From positions 128,001 through 192,000 of the forward strand of contig OY970067.1 of the NCBI GenBank assembly GCA_963705305.1: 64,000 nt of DNA. The letters are read 5' to 3'. Each line of letters starts with the position of its first letter. Positions within the stretch are counted from its first letter, which is position 1. The notes beneath the pieces were generated by a model that was not told the origin of the DNA, ran no database searches, and worked only from the letters and a program-made list of their open reading frames with translations. Source of the stretch: an uncultured Methylomirabilota bacterium. GTDB taxonomy: Bacteria; Methylomirabilota; Methylomirabilia; Methylomirabilales; 2-02-FULL-66-22. Both the position numbers and the translations under genes were made by a program. Below are positions 1 to 9,052 of this stretch, in pieces.

Positions 1-297
1 GGCATCAAGATCTTCAACGCCAGCGTCTACGGTCCCAGCGGCGTGGGCGCCCTGCTGGCCCCCTACCAGCGCGAGCGCCACAACGGCAGGATGATCATGC
101 CCACCGGCGGGGTCAACGTGAAAACGGGGCCCGGCTTCCAGGAGCAGATCCGCAAGCGCGGGTACTGCCCCGTCCTGGGCATGTCGGCTCCTCTGGAGCT
201 GGTAAGCGAGCGGAAGAAGCCGGGGGACCCCGACACGCTTCGGGAGTCGCTCCGGAAGTTCAAGGAAGAGTTCAAGCCGTACGTGCCGGTCAAGTAG
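1..297 (+). CDS. KDPG/KHG aldolase-like protein, C-terminal part (5' end outside window)
   Basis: Frame open from base 1: GIKIFNASVYGPSGV...IMPTGGVN, resembling the KxFPA...MPTGGV motifs of Eda-type aldolases. Confidence 0.6.
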   Translation, partial: GIKIFNASVYGPSGVGALLAPYQRERHNGRMIMPTGGVNVKTGPGFQEQIRKRGYCPVLGMSAPLELVSERKKPGDPDTLRESLRKFKEEFKPYVPVK

Positions 298-435
298 ACC
301 AGACCTTCCAGGCCCACCGGGGCCGGGTTTCGCCCGGCCCCGGTCCGTGCCCGTCGGGGATTCCATCGGCGGGTGCGCCGCTCCGGACATTCCGCACCCG
401 CCTCCGACATCCGCTCGTCCGGAAGGAGGTCGCCG

Positions 436-1104
436 ATGAGCCTGAAGAGCCTGTCGCCGGAGGAAGTGAGCCGGCGCTACAGGGACCTCTACACGGCCGC
501 GGTCTCGGATGTTCTGGACAACCTCGGACTGCGCAGACAGATGCTGCCGCACGAGATCACGCCGGTCACCCTGGACATGGTGGTCGCCGGGCCCGCCTTC
601 ACTGCCCTGGGGGTCCCCACCGACGACGCCGGCAGCGACGATTCCATGACCCGCTTTCGGATGATGGAGAGCATCCAGCCGGGCACCGTCGCCGTGTGGT
701 CCTCTTCCGTGCAGACCGAGCTGGCGCTGTGGGGAGAGATCATGAGCAGCGCGGCCCGCGAGCACGGCTGCACCGGCGCGGTCCTGGACGGGGGCATCCG
801 CGATACGAAGTTCATCCTGGGGATGCGTTTCCCCGTGTTCAGTCGGTTCCGCTCCGCCGTCGGCTCCGTCGGGCGATGGGATGTTCGGGAGTGGATGATC
901 CCCATCACCATCGGGACCGCGGTGATCCGGCCCGACGATTTCATCTTCGGGGACATGGACGGCGTGGTGGTGATCCCGAAGGACCTCACGGTGGAGGTGC
1001 TCCTCAAAACTGAGGAGAACGTCGCGAGCGAGTTCAACATGCGGGCGGAGCTGGCGCGCGGCGTGAGCGTCTCCGAGGTCTATCGGCGGCACGGCAAGCT
1101 CTGA
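436..1104 (+). CDS. RraA family / 4-hydroxy-4-methyl-2-oxoglutarate aldolase-like protein
   Basis: TAAVSDVLD, ALWGEIMS, DGGIRD, GDMDGVVVIP motifs; SD AGGAGG before ATG436. Confidence 0.85.
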   Translation: MSLKSLSPEEVSRRYRDLYTAAVSDVLDNLGLRRQMLPHEITPVTLDMVVAGPAFTALGVPTDDAGSDDSMTRFRMMESIQPGTVAVWSSSVQTELALWGEIMSSAAREHGCTGAVLDGGIRDTKFILGMRFPVFSRFRSAVGSVGRWDVREWMIPITIGTAVIRPDDFIFGDMDGVVVIPKDLTVEVLLKTEENVASEFNMRAELARGVSVSEVYRRHGKL

Positions 1105-1272
1105 CAGGCTGCTGAAAAAGGCCCATCTGCCGGGTACCTATCTGATGGGTGCCCAGCCTTCGGCCGGGTACCCGCACGCTCCCGCGACGCTGCGACGTAC
1201 CCGTAAGTACGCCTCGCGTCTGGACCTTTTTGAGCAGCTTGGCGGAAAGCGGGTTTTTCAGTACCGCTGCTA
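1105..1272 (+). repeat. Palindromic MITE/REP-like element, family A, copy 1
   Basis: CAGGCTGCTGAAAAAGGCCCA (1105-1125) ... TGGACCTTTTTGAGCAGCTTG (1221-1241), 18/21 inverted match; homologous copy at ~57404-57614. Confidence 0.8.
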
Positions 1273-1364
1273 AGCGGGTCCGCGCACGAACCCGATCAGG
1301 CTGGCGGCGGTTTCCCGCGGACCACGGCCGGGCGCCGGACGGCCCGGAATTTGCGAACCGAACG

Positions 1365-2012
1365 ATGGATCAGCTCGATCTCCGACTGCCGATCGCTCGA
1401 CTCGATAATCTCGTGGACCGGCTGGGTCTGACGGCGTCGCCGGCCGGAATCACCCGGGTCTTCCTGCGCAGGAGCGGGGGGCCCCCTTCCAAGGTCACGG
1501 GCTCCATCGCCCACCTCCTCGATCGGGCTCGAAAAGAGCTGGCCGAGTACCTCGTCGGCGAACGGACCTTTTTCGCCGTCCCCGCAGACCTGTCCCGGCT
1601 CTCACCGTTCGACCGGGCGGCGCTGGAGGCGGCCGCGCGGATTCCCTTTGGAGAAACGCGAAGCTACAAGTGGGTTGCCGAACGGTTGGGAAGGCCGGAT
1701 GCGACCCGCGCGGTGGGAGGCGCCATGGCGGGAAACCCGGTGCCGCTCATCGTCCCCTGCCACCGCGTAGTGAGGACCGACGGCGGGCTGGGCGGCTACT
1801 CCTTCGGCTTGGCCCGCAAGGAGGCGCTGCTCTGCCTCGAGCGCGCCGTCATCCCTTACGTCGGGTGTGTTTCAACCAGGATCTTCTGCCGGAAAGGGTG
1901 CCCCTGCGAACGGGCGATCCGGCCGGACGACCGCATCCATTTCCGCGCCGCGGCGGACGCTGCTGCCGACGGCTACCGACCGTGCAGTGGCTGCCGACCC
2001 GCCTCGCCTTGA
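1365..2012 (+). CDS. ogt: Methylated-DNA--protein-cysteine methyltransferase with C-terminal Ada-type Zn domain
   Basis: IPFGETRSY, RAVG, NPVPLIVPCHRVV active site; C-terminal STRIFCRKGC...GYRPCSGCRP. Confidence 0.9.
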   Translation: MDQLDLRLPIARLDNLVDRLGLTASPAGITRVFLRRSGGPPSKVTGSIAHLLDRARKELAEYLVGERTFFAVPADLSRLSPFDRAALEAAARIPFGETRSYKWVAERLGRPDATRAVGGAMAGNPVPLIVPCHRVVRTDGGLGGYSFGLARKEALLCLERAVIPYVGCVSTRIFCRKGCPCERAIRPDDRIHFRAAADAAADGYRPCSGCRPASP

Positions 2013-2049
2013 TTCGAAAGAGATCTCCAGCCGCCAAGACGCCAAGGGG

Positions 2050-2079
2050 AAATTCGAATTTCGAAGTTCGAATTTCGAA
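2050..2079. repeat. AT-rich 7-mer (TTCGAAN) tandem repeat, exact inverted copy at 4898-4927
   Basis: AAATTCGAATTTCGAAGTTCGAATTTCGAA, read directly. Confidence 0.9.
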
Positions 2080-2131
2080 ATTGGCAGGGCCGTCTTGGCG
2101 CCTTGACGGTGATGACGTTCTCGGGAACGGG

Positions 2132-3481
2132 CTAGAAAGGCGTCTCTCCGCGGTAGGACCAGTCCAGCAGCTCGACGGTGTGGGCGGTGCGCATGGCCAT
2201 CCCGCGCTCGCGCAGGCCGGAGGCGATCTGCAGCAGGCATCCGGGATTGCCGGCCACCACCACCTGGGCGCCCGTCTCGGCCAGGCAGTCCAGCTTTCGC
2301 GCCAGAAACTCCCGCGCCTCGGCGGGGTGCAGGAGGTTGTAGATCCCGGCGCTGCCGCAGCAGAAATCCGAGTCGCGCAGCTCCACCAGCTCCAGCCCCG
2401 GGATCGCCGCCAGGAGGGCCCGCGGCTGGGCCCGGACCCGTTGCCCGTGGGCCAGGTGGCAGGCGTCGTGATACGCGACGCGGAGCTTCACGGGCCGAAG
2501 CTCTCCGCAGAGCCCCGCCTCCGCCAAGATCTCCGAAACGTCGCGCACGCGCGTGGCCAGCGCGGCGGCGCGCCCGGCGTAGCGCGGATCGCCCGCGAGC
2601 AGTTCGCCGTACTCCTTCATAACGGAGCCACAGCCGGCCGCATTCACGGCCACGTAGTCGACCTTTGACGCCTCGAAGGAGTCGACGGCCCTCCGGGCCA
2701 GAGCTTTTCCCTTCTCCCGCTCGCCTTCGTGAGCGAAGAGAGAGCCGCAGCATCCCTGTTCCTTCGAGGCCACCACCTCGAAGCCGTTCAGGGCCAGGAC
2801 GCGCACCGTGGCTAGGTTGACCTCCGGGAAGAAGGCGTGCTGCGCGCAGCCCAGGAGCAGGGCCACGCGCCCCCGTCGGCGGCCGACCGCCGGGGTCTCC
2901 TCCGGAAAGTCGCGGCCGGCGGCCCGATCCGGCAGGACCGGCAGGAGGCCTTCCATGGCCCCCCAGCGCCCTAGCGCCCGCAGCAGGCCGCTTCCCCGGA
3001 CCAGCCGCTGGACCCCGAGCCGCTGGTAGGCCCGTAGGGGGCCCAGCAAGAGGCGCAGCAGCCTGCCGCTGGTGAACGTCTCGAGGATGAACTTCCGGAA
3101 GATCCGCTCCGGCAACGGGTACGCGTGCCGCCGCTCGATCTGCCCTCGCGCGGCCTCCATCAGCTGGCCGAATTGGACGCCCGACGGGCAGGCGGTCTCG
3201 CACGCGCGGCAGACCAGGCACAGGTTCATGTGCTTGACGAACCTGTCGCCGATCTCGACACGCCCCTCCGCGGCCGCCCGCATGAGGTAGATGCGCCCCC
3301 GCGGCGAGTCCATCTCGTTGCCCAGCACGCGGTAGGTTGGACAGCTGGGCAGGCAGAAGCCACAATGGACGCAGTCTAGGATCTTCTCCATCGAAGGGGG
3401 ATCCTGCGCGTCGAAGACGCCTGTCTGCCGCGCCTCCGTCTGCACCGTTTTGGCTTCCCCTGTTTCTACGCTCCGGGCCAT
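2132..3481 (-). CDS. glcF: Glycolate oxidase iron-sulfur subunit
   Basis: CVHCGFCLPSCPTY, SPRGRI, CLVCRACETACPSGV; two CCG domains (QGCCG, FCCGSAG). Confidence 0.9.
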   Translation of the reverse strand: MARSVETGEAKTVQTEARQTGVFDAQDPPSMEKILDCVHCGFCLPSCPTYRVLGNEMDSPRGRIYLMRAAAEGRVEIGDRFVKHMNLCLVCRACETACPSGVQFGQLMEAARGQIERRHAYPLPERIFRKFILETFTSGRLLRLLLGPLRAYQRLGVQRLVRGSGLLRALGRWGAMEGLLPVLPDRAAGRDFPEETPAVGRRRGRVALLLGCAQHAFFPEVNLATVRVLALNGFEVVASKEQGCCGSLFAHEGEREKGKALARRAVDSFEASKVDYVAVNAAGCGSVMKEYGELLAGDPRYAGRAAALATRVRDVSEILAEAGLCGELRPVKLRVAYHDACHLAHGQRVRAQPRALLAAIPGLELVELRDSDFCCGSAGIYNLLHPAEAREFLARKLDCLAETGAQVVVAGNPGCLLQIASGLRERGMAMRTAHTVELLDWSYRGETPF

Positions 3482-3538
3482 GGGATCTGCACCCCTCCGC
3501 GTCCGATCGCCGCTTAGGGAACAATCCTCACCCGGGTC

Positions 3539-4882
3539 TCACAGCCCGCCTACGAACCGGCCCGGGTTCAGGATGCGGTGCGGGTCGAATTGCGCTTTCA
3601 AGTCGCGCATCAAGGACAAGCCGTTTCCCGCCGGCCCCCAGACATCTACCGCCCGCTTCGCCTCCGGCGGAGCCTTGAGCACTACCAGGCTTCCTCGATT
3701 CGCGACGGCGAAATCCCGCAGCAGACCGATCAGCTCCGCCGGGAGCGCCGAATCGCCCGTCGTGCCGGCCGGGGCCTGGAAGTAGTAGCGCACCGCCCCG
3801 GCGGCCGCCTCCGAAACCACCGAGACGCTCAGGCCGCGCCCGGCCGCCAGGTCCTCCCCCTGTCGGATCGCCTGGGGGACCGCGGCGGGCAGTAGGCTGG
3901 CCTTGAGGATCAGGGGACAGCCCGCACCACCGTCAAAATCCCTGACCGCCTCCCAGAACGCCCGATGGCCGTTGCCCTCCAGGCGCCCCCCGTCGCCTCC
4001 CCCCGCCTCCTGGATCCAGGCCGCCGCCGACGCGAGCTGGGTATCCACTGCCTCCGGCACCGAGGCCACGGCCACCGCCAGCAGGACCGCCCCGGACGGG
4101 AGAGAAACGCCGCTCCGCCGTCCGGCTTCCGTCGCGGCGGCGGCGTTCAGCAGCTCCACCGCGCTCGGCACGAGCGGCGAGTCCAGGATCCGGGCGACGG
4201 CCCGGCCGGCCGCATCGGCCGAAGAGAACGCCGCAATCCAGGTGCCCTCGGCGGGCGGGATCGGGTACAGGCGGAACGTGGTCTCGACGATCACGCCCAG
4301 CGTTCCCAGCGATCCGACGTAGAGCTTGTTCATGTCGTAGCCGGTGACGTTCTTCACCACCTTGGCGCCGCCCCTGATGACGGTTCCGTCCGCCAGGGCC
4401 ACCCGCAGCCCGATGAGCAGGTCCCGCACCGTCCCGTAGCGGATCCGCCGCGGACCGCTGCTGTTGGCCGCCAGGACGCCTCCGATGGTGCATCGGGCAG
4501 GCTGCGGCGGGTCCAGCGGCAGCTGCTGACCGTGACGACCGAGGATCGCCTGGTAGGCGTCGAGCGTTGCACCCGCCTGCACGCTGGAGGTCATGTCGCC
4601 CGGCTCGTGGTCGAGGAGGCGGTTGAGGCGTCCCAGGCCCAGGACGACATCCACGCGCTCCGGCACCCCGCCGAGGCCCATGCTCGTGCCCCCGCCCCAG
4701 GGCGCCACGGCGGCCCCCGCCCCGCTGCATGCGGCCAGGACGGCCGAGACCTCTTCCACGCTGCCGGGATGGACGACCGCCGCGGGGCGCACGCCGTCGA
4801 CCGCATAGCCGGCCGCCGCCTCCCCCACGAGAAGGTGTTCCGACCCGGCAATGAATTCGAGTCGCTTCAGGAGCTCGTCCAT
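3539..4882 (-). CDS. glcE: Glycolate oxidase FAD-binding subunit
   Basis: GPRRIRYGTVRDLLIG, GAKVVKNVTGYDMNKL, FDPHRILNPGR; lies between glcD and glcF. Confidence 0.88.
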   Translation of the reverse strand: MDELLKRLEFIAGSEHLLVGEAAAGYAVDGVRPAAVVHPGSVEEVSAVLAACSGAGAAVAPWGGGTSMGLGGVPERVDVVLGLGRLNRLLDHEPGDMTSSVQAGATLDAYQAILGRHGQQLPLDPPQPARCTIGGVLAANSSGPRRIRYGTVRDLLIGLRVALADGTVIRGGAKVVKNVTGYDMNKLYVGSLGTLGVIVETTFRLYPIPPAEGTWIAAFSSADAAGRAVARILDSPLVPSAVELLNAAAATEAGRRSGVSLPSGAVLLAVAVASVPEAVDTQLASAAAWIQEAGGGDGGRLEGNGHRAFWEAVRDFDGGAGCPLILKASLLPAAVPQAIRQGEDLAAGRGLSVSVVSEAAAGAVRYYFQAPAGTTGDSALPAELIGLLRDFAVANRGSLVVLKAPPEAKRAVDVWGPAGNGLSLMRDLKAQFDPHRILNPGRFVGGL

Positions 4883-4897
4883 AACCACATTCGGAAC

Positions 4898-4927
4898 TTC
4901 GAAATTCGAACTTCGAAATTCGAATTT
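4898..4927. repeat. Inverted copy of the 30-bp repeat at 2050-2079
   Basis: TTCGAAATTCGAACTTCGAAATTCGAATTT is the reverse complement of 2050-2079; overlaps the glcD stop codon. Confidence 0.9.
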
Positions 4928-6401
4928 AAAGTCGCTCCGCCAGTCCTTCCCGCTCGATGCGGTGCGGCGTGTAGCCGATATCCCGGGGGCCCTTGGCCCT
5001 GCCCACCTCGACGCAGGACTTGGACGTCGGAAAAATCTTGCCGGGGTTGAGTAAGCCGTCCGGATTCCATACGTGCTTGAGGCGAGCCATGGCCTCCAGG
5101 TCTGCGGGCGAGTACATGAGCGGCATGAAGTCCCGCTTCTCCAGGCCCACGCCGTGCTCCCCGGTGATGCTCCCCCCCACGGCGATGCACCGCCGCATGA
5201 TCTCGGCCCCCATGGCCTCCGCGCGCTCCACCTCCCCTTCCACGCGGTTGTCATACAGGATGAGGGGGTGCAGGTTCCCGTCGCCGGCGTGAAACACGTT
5301 GGCCACACGCAGGCCGTAGGTCCGGCTGAGCGCTTCGATCTCGCCCAGGATCTTCAGGAGCTGCGTCCGGGGGATCACCCCGTCCTGCACGTAGTACTCC
5401 GGGCTGATCTGCCCCATGGCCGCGAAGGTCGCCTTGCGGCCCTTCCAGAGCAGCGCTCGCTCGGCGTCGTCCCTGGCCACGCGGGCCTCGCGCATGCGGT
5501 TCGCCTCTCCCACGGCCAGCACCGGTCCCGCCAATGCCTCCACCTCGGCGCGCGGCCCGTCCAGCTCGACCAGGAGCACGGCCCCGGCATCGGTCGGGTA
5601 GCCCGCGTGCGTCCCCTTCTCGACCGCCTGGATGCTCAGGCTGTCCATCATCTCGATCGCCGCCGGGATGATCCCCCGGCCAATCAGCCCGGACACGGTC
5701 GCGCTCGCGTCGGCGATCGTCTCGAAGACCAGCAGCATGGTCCGCACCGCTTCCGGCCGCCTCAGCAGCCGCACCACGATCTTGGTGGCGATCCCGAAGG
5801 TCCCCTCGGAGCCGACGAAAATGCCGGTCAGGTCATAGCCGAGGGTGTCCGCCGTCCAGCCGCCGATCTGCACCACCTGGCCCGAGGCCAGGACCACCTC
5901 CAGGCCCAGCACGTGGTTGGTGGTGACCCCGTACTTCAGGCAGTGGGGGCCGCCCGAGTTTTCGGCCACGTTCCCCCCGATGCTGCAGGCGGTCTGGCTG
6001 GCCGGGTCCGGCGCGTAGTAGAAGCCCCGCGGCCCGACGTGGTTGCTCAGCCAGATGTTCACCAGCCCCGGCTCGATGACCGCCCGTTGGTTGGCGTAGT
6101 CCACCTCCAGAACGCGGTTCATGCGGTTCAGGCCGATGACCACCCCTCCCTCCACGGCCAGCGCCCCGCCCGACAGTCCCGTCCCGGCCCCGCGCGGCAC
6201 GAAGGGGATGCGCTCCCGGGCGCACAGCCGCACCGCCTCGGCGACCTCCTCCGTCCGCCCGGGGAGGACCACGATGTCCGGCGCCGCCTTGAAGATGGTC
6301 AGCCCGTCCGTCTCGTAGACCTTGAGCTCGGCCGGGTCGGAGATCACATATTCCGGCCCGACCACCTTGCGCAGTTCCCGGATGAGTCGTGCGCGTTCCA
6401 T
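4926..6401 (-). CDS. glcD: Glycolate oxidase FAD-linked subunit
   Basis: PRGAGTGLSGGA, APDPASQ, GGPHCLKYGVT, HAGDGNLHP, GEHGVG motifs. Confidence 0.92.
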   Translation of the reverse strand: MERARLIRELRKVVGPEYVISDPAELKVYETDGLTIFKAAPDIVVLPGRTEEVAEAVRLCARERIPFVPRGAGTGLSGGALAVEGGVVIGLNRMNRVLEVDYANQRAVIEPGLVNIWLSNHVGPRGFYYAPDPASQTACSIGGNVAENSGGPHCLKYGVTTNHVLGLEVVLASGQVVQIGGWTADTLGYDLTGIFVGSEGTFGIATKIVVRLLRRPEAVRTMLLVFETIADASATVSGLIGRGIIPAAIEMMDSLSIQAVEKGTHAGYPTDAGAVLLVELDGPRAEVEALAGPVLAVGEANRMREARVARDDAERALLWKGRKATFAAMGQISPEYYVQDGVIPRTQLLKILGEIEALSRTYGLRVANVFHAGDGNLHPLILYDNRVEGEVERAEAMGAEIMRRCIAVGGSITGEHGVGLEKRDFMPLMYSPADLEAMARLKHVWNPDGLLNPGKIFPTSKSCVEVGRAKGPRDIGYTPHRIEREGLAERL

Positions 6402-6492
6402 GGTCGTCTCTTTCGAAGGAGCGGGATGGGATCAGAGCACGCCGAGGGAAGAGGGGACGTCCGGATACGAACGGATTATGACTCCCGGGCCG

Positions 6493-6520
6493 ATGCTAGA
6501 CCAGCAACGCGGCTTGTCAA
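6493..6520 (-). promoter_or_regulatory. Putative sigma70 promoter of glcDEF
   Basis: TTGACA-N16-TAGCAT on the minus strand. Confidence 0.55.
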
Positions 6521-6597
6521 GGAGATTTCCCGGGGTCTTCGGGGTCTGGAAGGGAGGATGCGCCAAGCCCGGGCCGGCGTGTGGCGGACTCGGCGGA

Positions 6598-7923
6598 CTA
6601 CGTTTCTATGCTCCTGTCCAGCCAGCGGGCGGTGCGCAGCAGCCTGGCATCGTCCCCCCGCCTGCCGACCAGTTGCGCGCCCAGGGGCATTCCGTGCGGG
6701 CCCTGGAGAATGGGAAGTGTCACCGCCGGCATGCCGCAGAAGGTCCAGATGGTGCAGAAGATGGGGCTGCCGGTGGATTCCAGTCCCCGGGGAGCCTCCC
6801 CCGCCGTCGCCGGGGTCAAGACCGCGTCATACTCCTCGAACAATCCGTCCAGCTCTTGATTGACCACCGCGATCTGCCCCAGCGCACGGTTGTAATCGAC
6901 GGCTCTCGTCTGCTGCCCGCGCTCGATCATCTCCCGGAGGCCAGGGCTGAGCTTGTCTCGCCCCCGGGCATATTCCCGCTCAAAGCTGCGGGCCAGATCC
7001 GCTTCATGGATGGTCCGATGCCAGTCCACTGCCTTCTGGAAGACCGGCGGCAGCTCGACCTCTCCGGCAGCCGGCCCCAGGTGCTCGACCAGCTCTCCGA
7101 AGGCCCGATGCGTCTCCGGTTCGGCCTGATCCCACATCGGCGTCTTCACAAACGCGAGGCGCGGAGGCACCGGGGGGTCCTCGGCAGCCGCCTCCGCCAG
7201 GGGCGCGCGCGACCGGGGCTCCGTGTCGGGATCCGATTCATCGGAGACGACAAGCTCTCCCGCGAGCAGCGCCGCATCCCCGACGGAGCGGGCAAAGACC
7301 CCGACCTGATCCAGCGGCCGCGACTGGGCCAGAATGCCATGCCGAGAGATGAGGCCGTGCGTGGGCTTGTACCCGTACACTCCGCAATAGGCCGCCGGCC
7401 GGATGACCGATCCGTTGGTCTGCGTACCGATGGCCAGGGGCACCATGCAGGCCGCCACCGCGGCAGCCGACCCGCTGGACGACCCGCCGGGGGTTCGCTC
7501 GGGATCGTGGGGATTTCGGGTCTTTCCCGGGAAGTACACGGCCAGCTCGGTGGTCACGGTCTTCCCCAGGATGACCGCCCCAGCTTCCCGCAGCAACCGG
7601 ACGACGGTGGCGTCCCTGGTTGGCTGCCGCCCGGCATGCAGCACGGTGCCGTTCTCCGTGGGCATGTCCTTGGTGTCGAGGATGTCCTTGACGCCCACCG
7701 GAACCCCGTGCAGCGGGCCGAGCGGCTGCCTCTCCTTGCGGGCCGCGTCCCGGGCGCGGGCCTGGCTCAGCGCATGGGCGGGATCCAGATACGCCCACGC
7801 ACCGACTTTCCCTTCGAGCTCCCGGATGCGCTCCAGGCAGGCCCCGACCACCTCCTCCGATGTAATCCGGCCCGAGCGAATGGCCTCCGCCGCCTCCGAG
7901 GCTCCCAGCGCTGTCAGCATCAT
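6598..7923 (-). CDS. Amidase signature family protein
   Basis: GVPVGVKD, PGGSSSGSAAAVA, GTQTNGSVIRPA. Confidence 0.92.
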   Translation of the reverse strand: MMLTALGASEAAEAIRSGRITSEEVVGACLERIRELEGKVGAWAYLDPAHALSQARARDAARKERQPLGPLHGVPVGVKDILDTKDMPTENGTVLHAGRQPTRDATVVRLLREAGAVILGKTVTTELAVYFPGKTRNPHDPERTPGGSSSGSAAAVAACMVPLAIGTQTNGSVIRPAAYCGVYGYKPTHGLISRHGILAQSRPLDQVGVFARSVGDAALLAGELVVSDESDPDTEPRSRAPLAEAAAEDPPVPPRLAFVKTPMWDQAEPETHRAFGELVEHLGPAAGEVELPPVFQKAVDWHRTIHEADLARSFEREYARGRDKLSPGLREMIERGQQTRAVDYNRALGQIAVVNQELDGLFEEYDAVLTPATAGEAPRGLESTGSPIFCTIWTFCGMPAVTLPILQGPHGMPLGAQLVGRRGDDARLLRTARWLDRSIET

Positions 7924-7996
7924 GGTCCTGCCGCCTCCGCCTCGATCCCCGTGGGCGCCGGGGCCAGAGGCCCCGGCCGTAGCGCGGCGCCGGCTG

Positions 7997-8305
7997 TCAG
8001 CGCGGCTCCAGAATCTGAAGGGATGACCCCGCCACGAGGTCCTTCACCCGCTCCCGGTACTCGGCCATGTGCGGCGCCGCCAGGTGGGCCCGAAGCGCCT
8101 GCAGGCTCTCCCACTGCTCCACGACCGTCACCACATTCTCGCGCGGGGGAATCTGGCGGGGGATGTCGGCCTTCACATCCACGGTCGGCCCGTAGGCGAT
8201 GCAGCCCTTCTCGGCGCGGACGTTGGGCAGATTCCGGTGGAACTCCGCCAGGAACGCATCACGCTTTCCCGGCTTCACCTCGATTGTCGCAATCACGTAG
8301 ATCAT
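7997..8305 (-). CDS. Putative quinol monooxygenase (ABM domain)
   Basis: MIYVIATIEVKPG, EKGCIAY, EQWES...HLAAPHM. Confidence 0.85.
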   Translation of the reverse strand: MIYVIATIEVKPGKRDAFLAEFHRNLPNVRAEKGCIAYGPTVDVKADIPRQIPPRENVVTVVEQWESLQALRAHLAAPHMAEYRERVKDLVAGSSLQILEPR

Positions 8306-8345
8306 CGTCTCTCCTCTGGCAATAGGATTCACGCCAACCCCTCCC

Positions 8346-9050
8346 TCATCCCTTTTCCCGCCCCCGCCCCGCATCCCGAGCGTAGAAGGCGCACAGCGAG
8401 CGCAGGGGGCAATGGTCGCAGGCCGGGCTGCGCGCCGTGCACACCAGGGCGCCGAGATCCATCAGTGCCTGGTTGAACGCCCATGCCTGATCCTCGGGCA
8501 CGAGCGCGGAGGCCAGCGCCCAGAGCCGGCGATCGAGCGCGGCAGCTCCGGCCGGCCGGCGGCGCACGAAGACCCGGCTCAGCACGCGGCGGACGTTGGT
8601 GTCCAGGATGGATGCGGGCGTCCCGTACGCGAAGCTCACCACGGCGCCGGCCGTGTACCGCCCCACCCCGGGCAGGTCCTGAACCTCCTCTAGTCGCCGC
8701 GGAAAACGCCCCCCGTGCTCCTCGGCAATTTTTCTCGCCGCGGCGTGAAGGTTTCGCGCCCGTGCGTAATAGCCCAGCCCGTCCCAGGATTCGCGCACCC
8801 GGGCCGGCTCGGCCGCCGCCAGCTCCTGGACGGTCGGGTACTCCCGCAGGAAGCGCCGGTAGTAGCCCCGCACCCGCTGCACCTGTGTCTGCTGGAGCAT
8901 CACCTCCGAGACCAGGATCTTGTAGGGGTCGCGGGTCCGGCGCCACGGCAGGTCCCGCCCATTGTGCCGGAACCAGAGGAGAAGCCGCGATCGGAATCGT
9001 CGGGTCTCGGCCACATCCAGGCGCGGGCGATACGGGCGGGTCGTCCCCAC
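8346..9050 (-). CDS. mutY: Short A/G-specific adenine glycosylase (HhH-GPD, 4Fe-4S); GTG start approximate
   Basis: RDLPWR, SEVMLQQT, GLGYYARARNL, LPGVGRYTA, DTNVRRV, CTARSPACDHCPLRSLC; ends after the Fe-S motif. Confidence 0.85.
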   Translation of the reverse strand: MGTTRPYRPRLDVAETRRFRSRLLLWFRHNGRDLPWRRTRDPYKILVSEVMLQQTQVQRVRGYYRRFLREYPTVQELAAAEPARVRESWDGLGYYARARNLHAAARKIAEEHGGRFPRRLEEVQDLPGVGRYTAGAVVSFAYGTPASILDTNVRRVLSRVFVRRRPAGAAALDRRLWALASALVPEDQAWAFNQALMDLGALVCTARSPACDHCPLRSLCAFYARDAGRGREKG

Positions 9051-9052
9051 GG

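Noticed and set aside
316..344. 12-bp GC hairpin ACCGGGGCCGGG/CCCGGCCCCGGT as a terminator or REP
   Set aside because: No U-tract and no second copy noticed; probably an ordinary intercistronic stem-loop.
2050..2079. TTCGAAN array as a CRISPR repeat
   Set aside because: Only short tandem heptamers, no spacers and no cas genes in the window.
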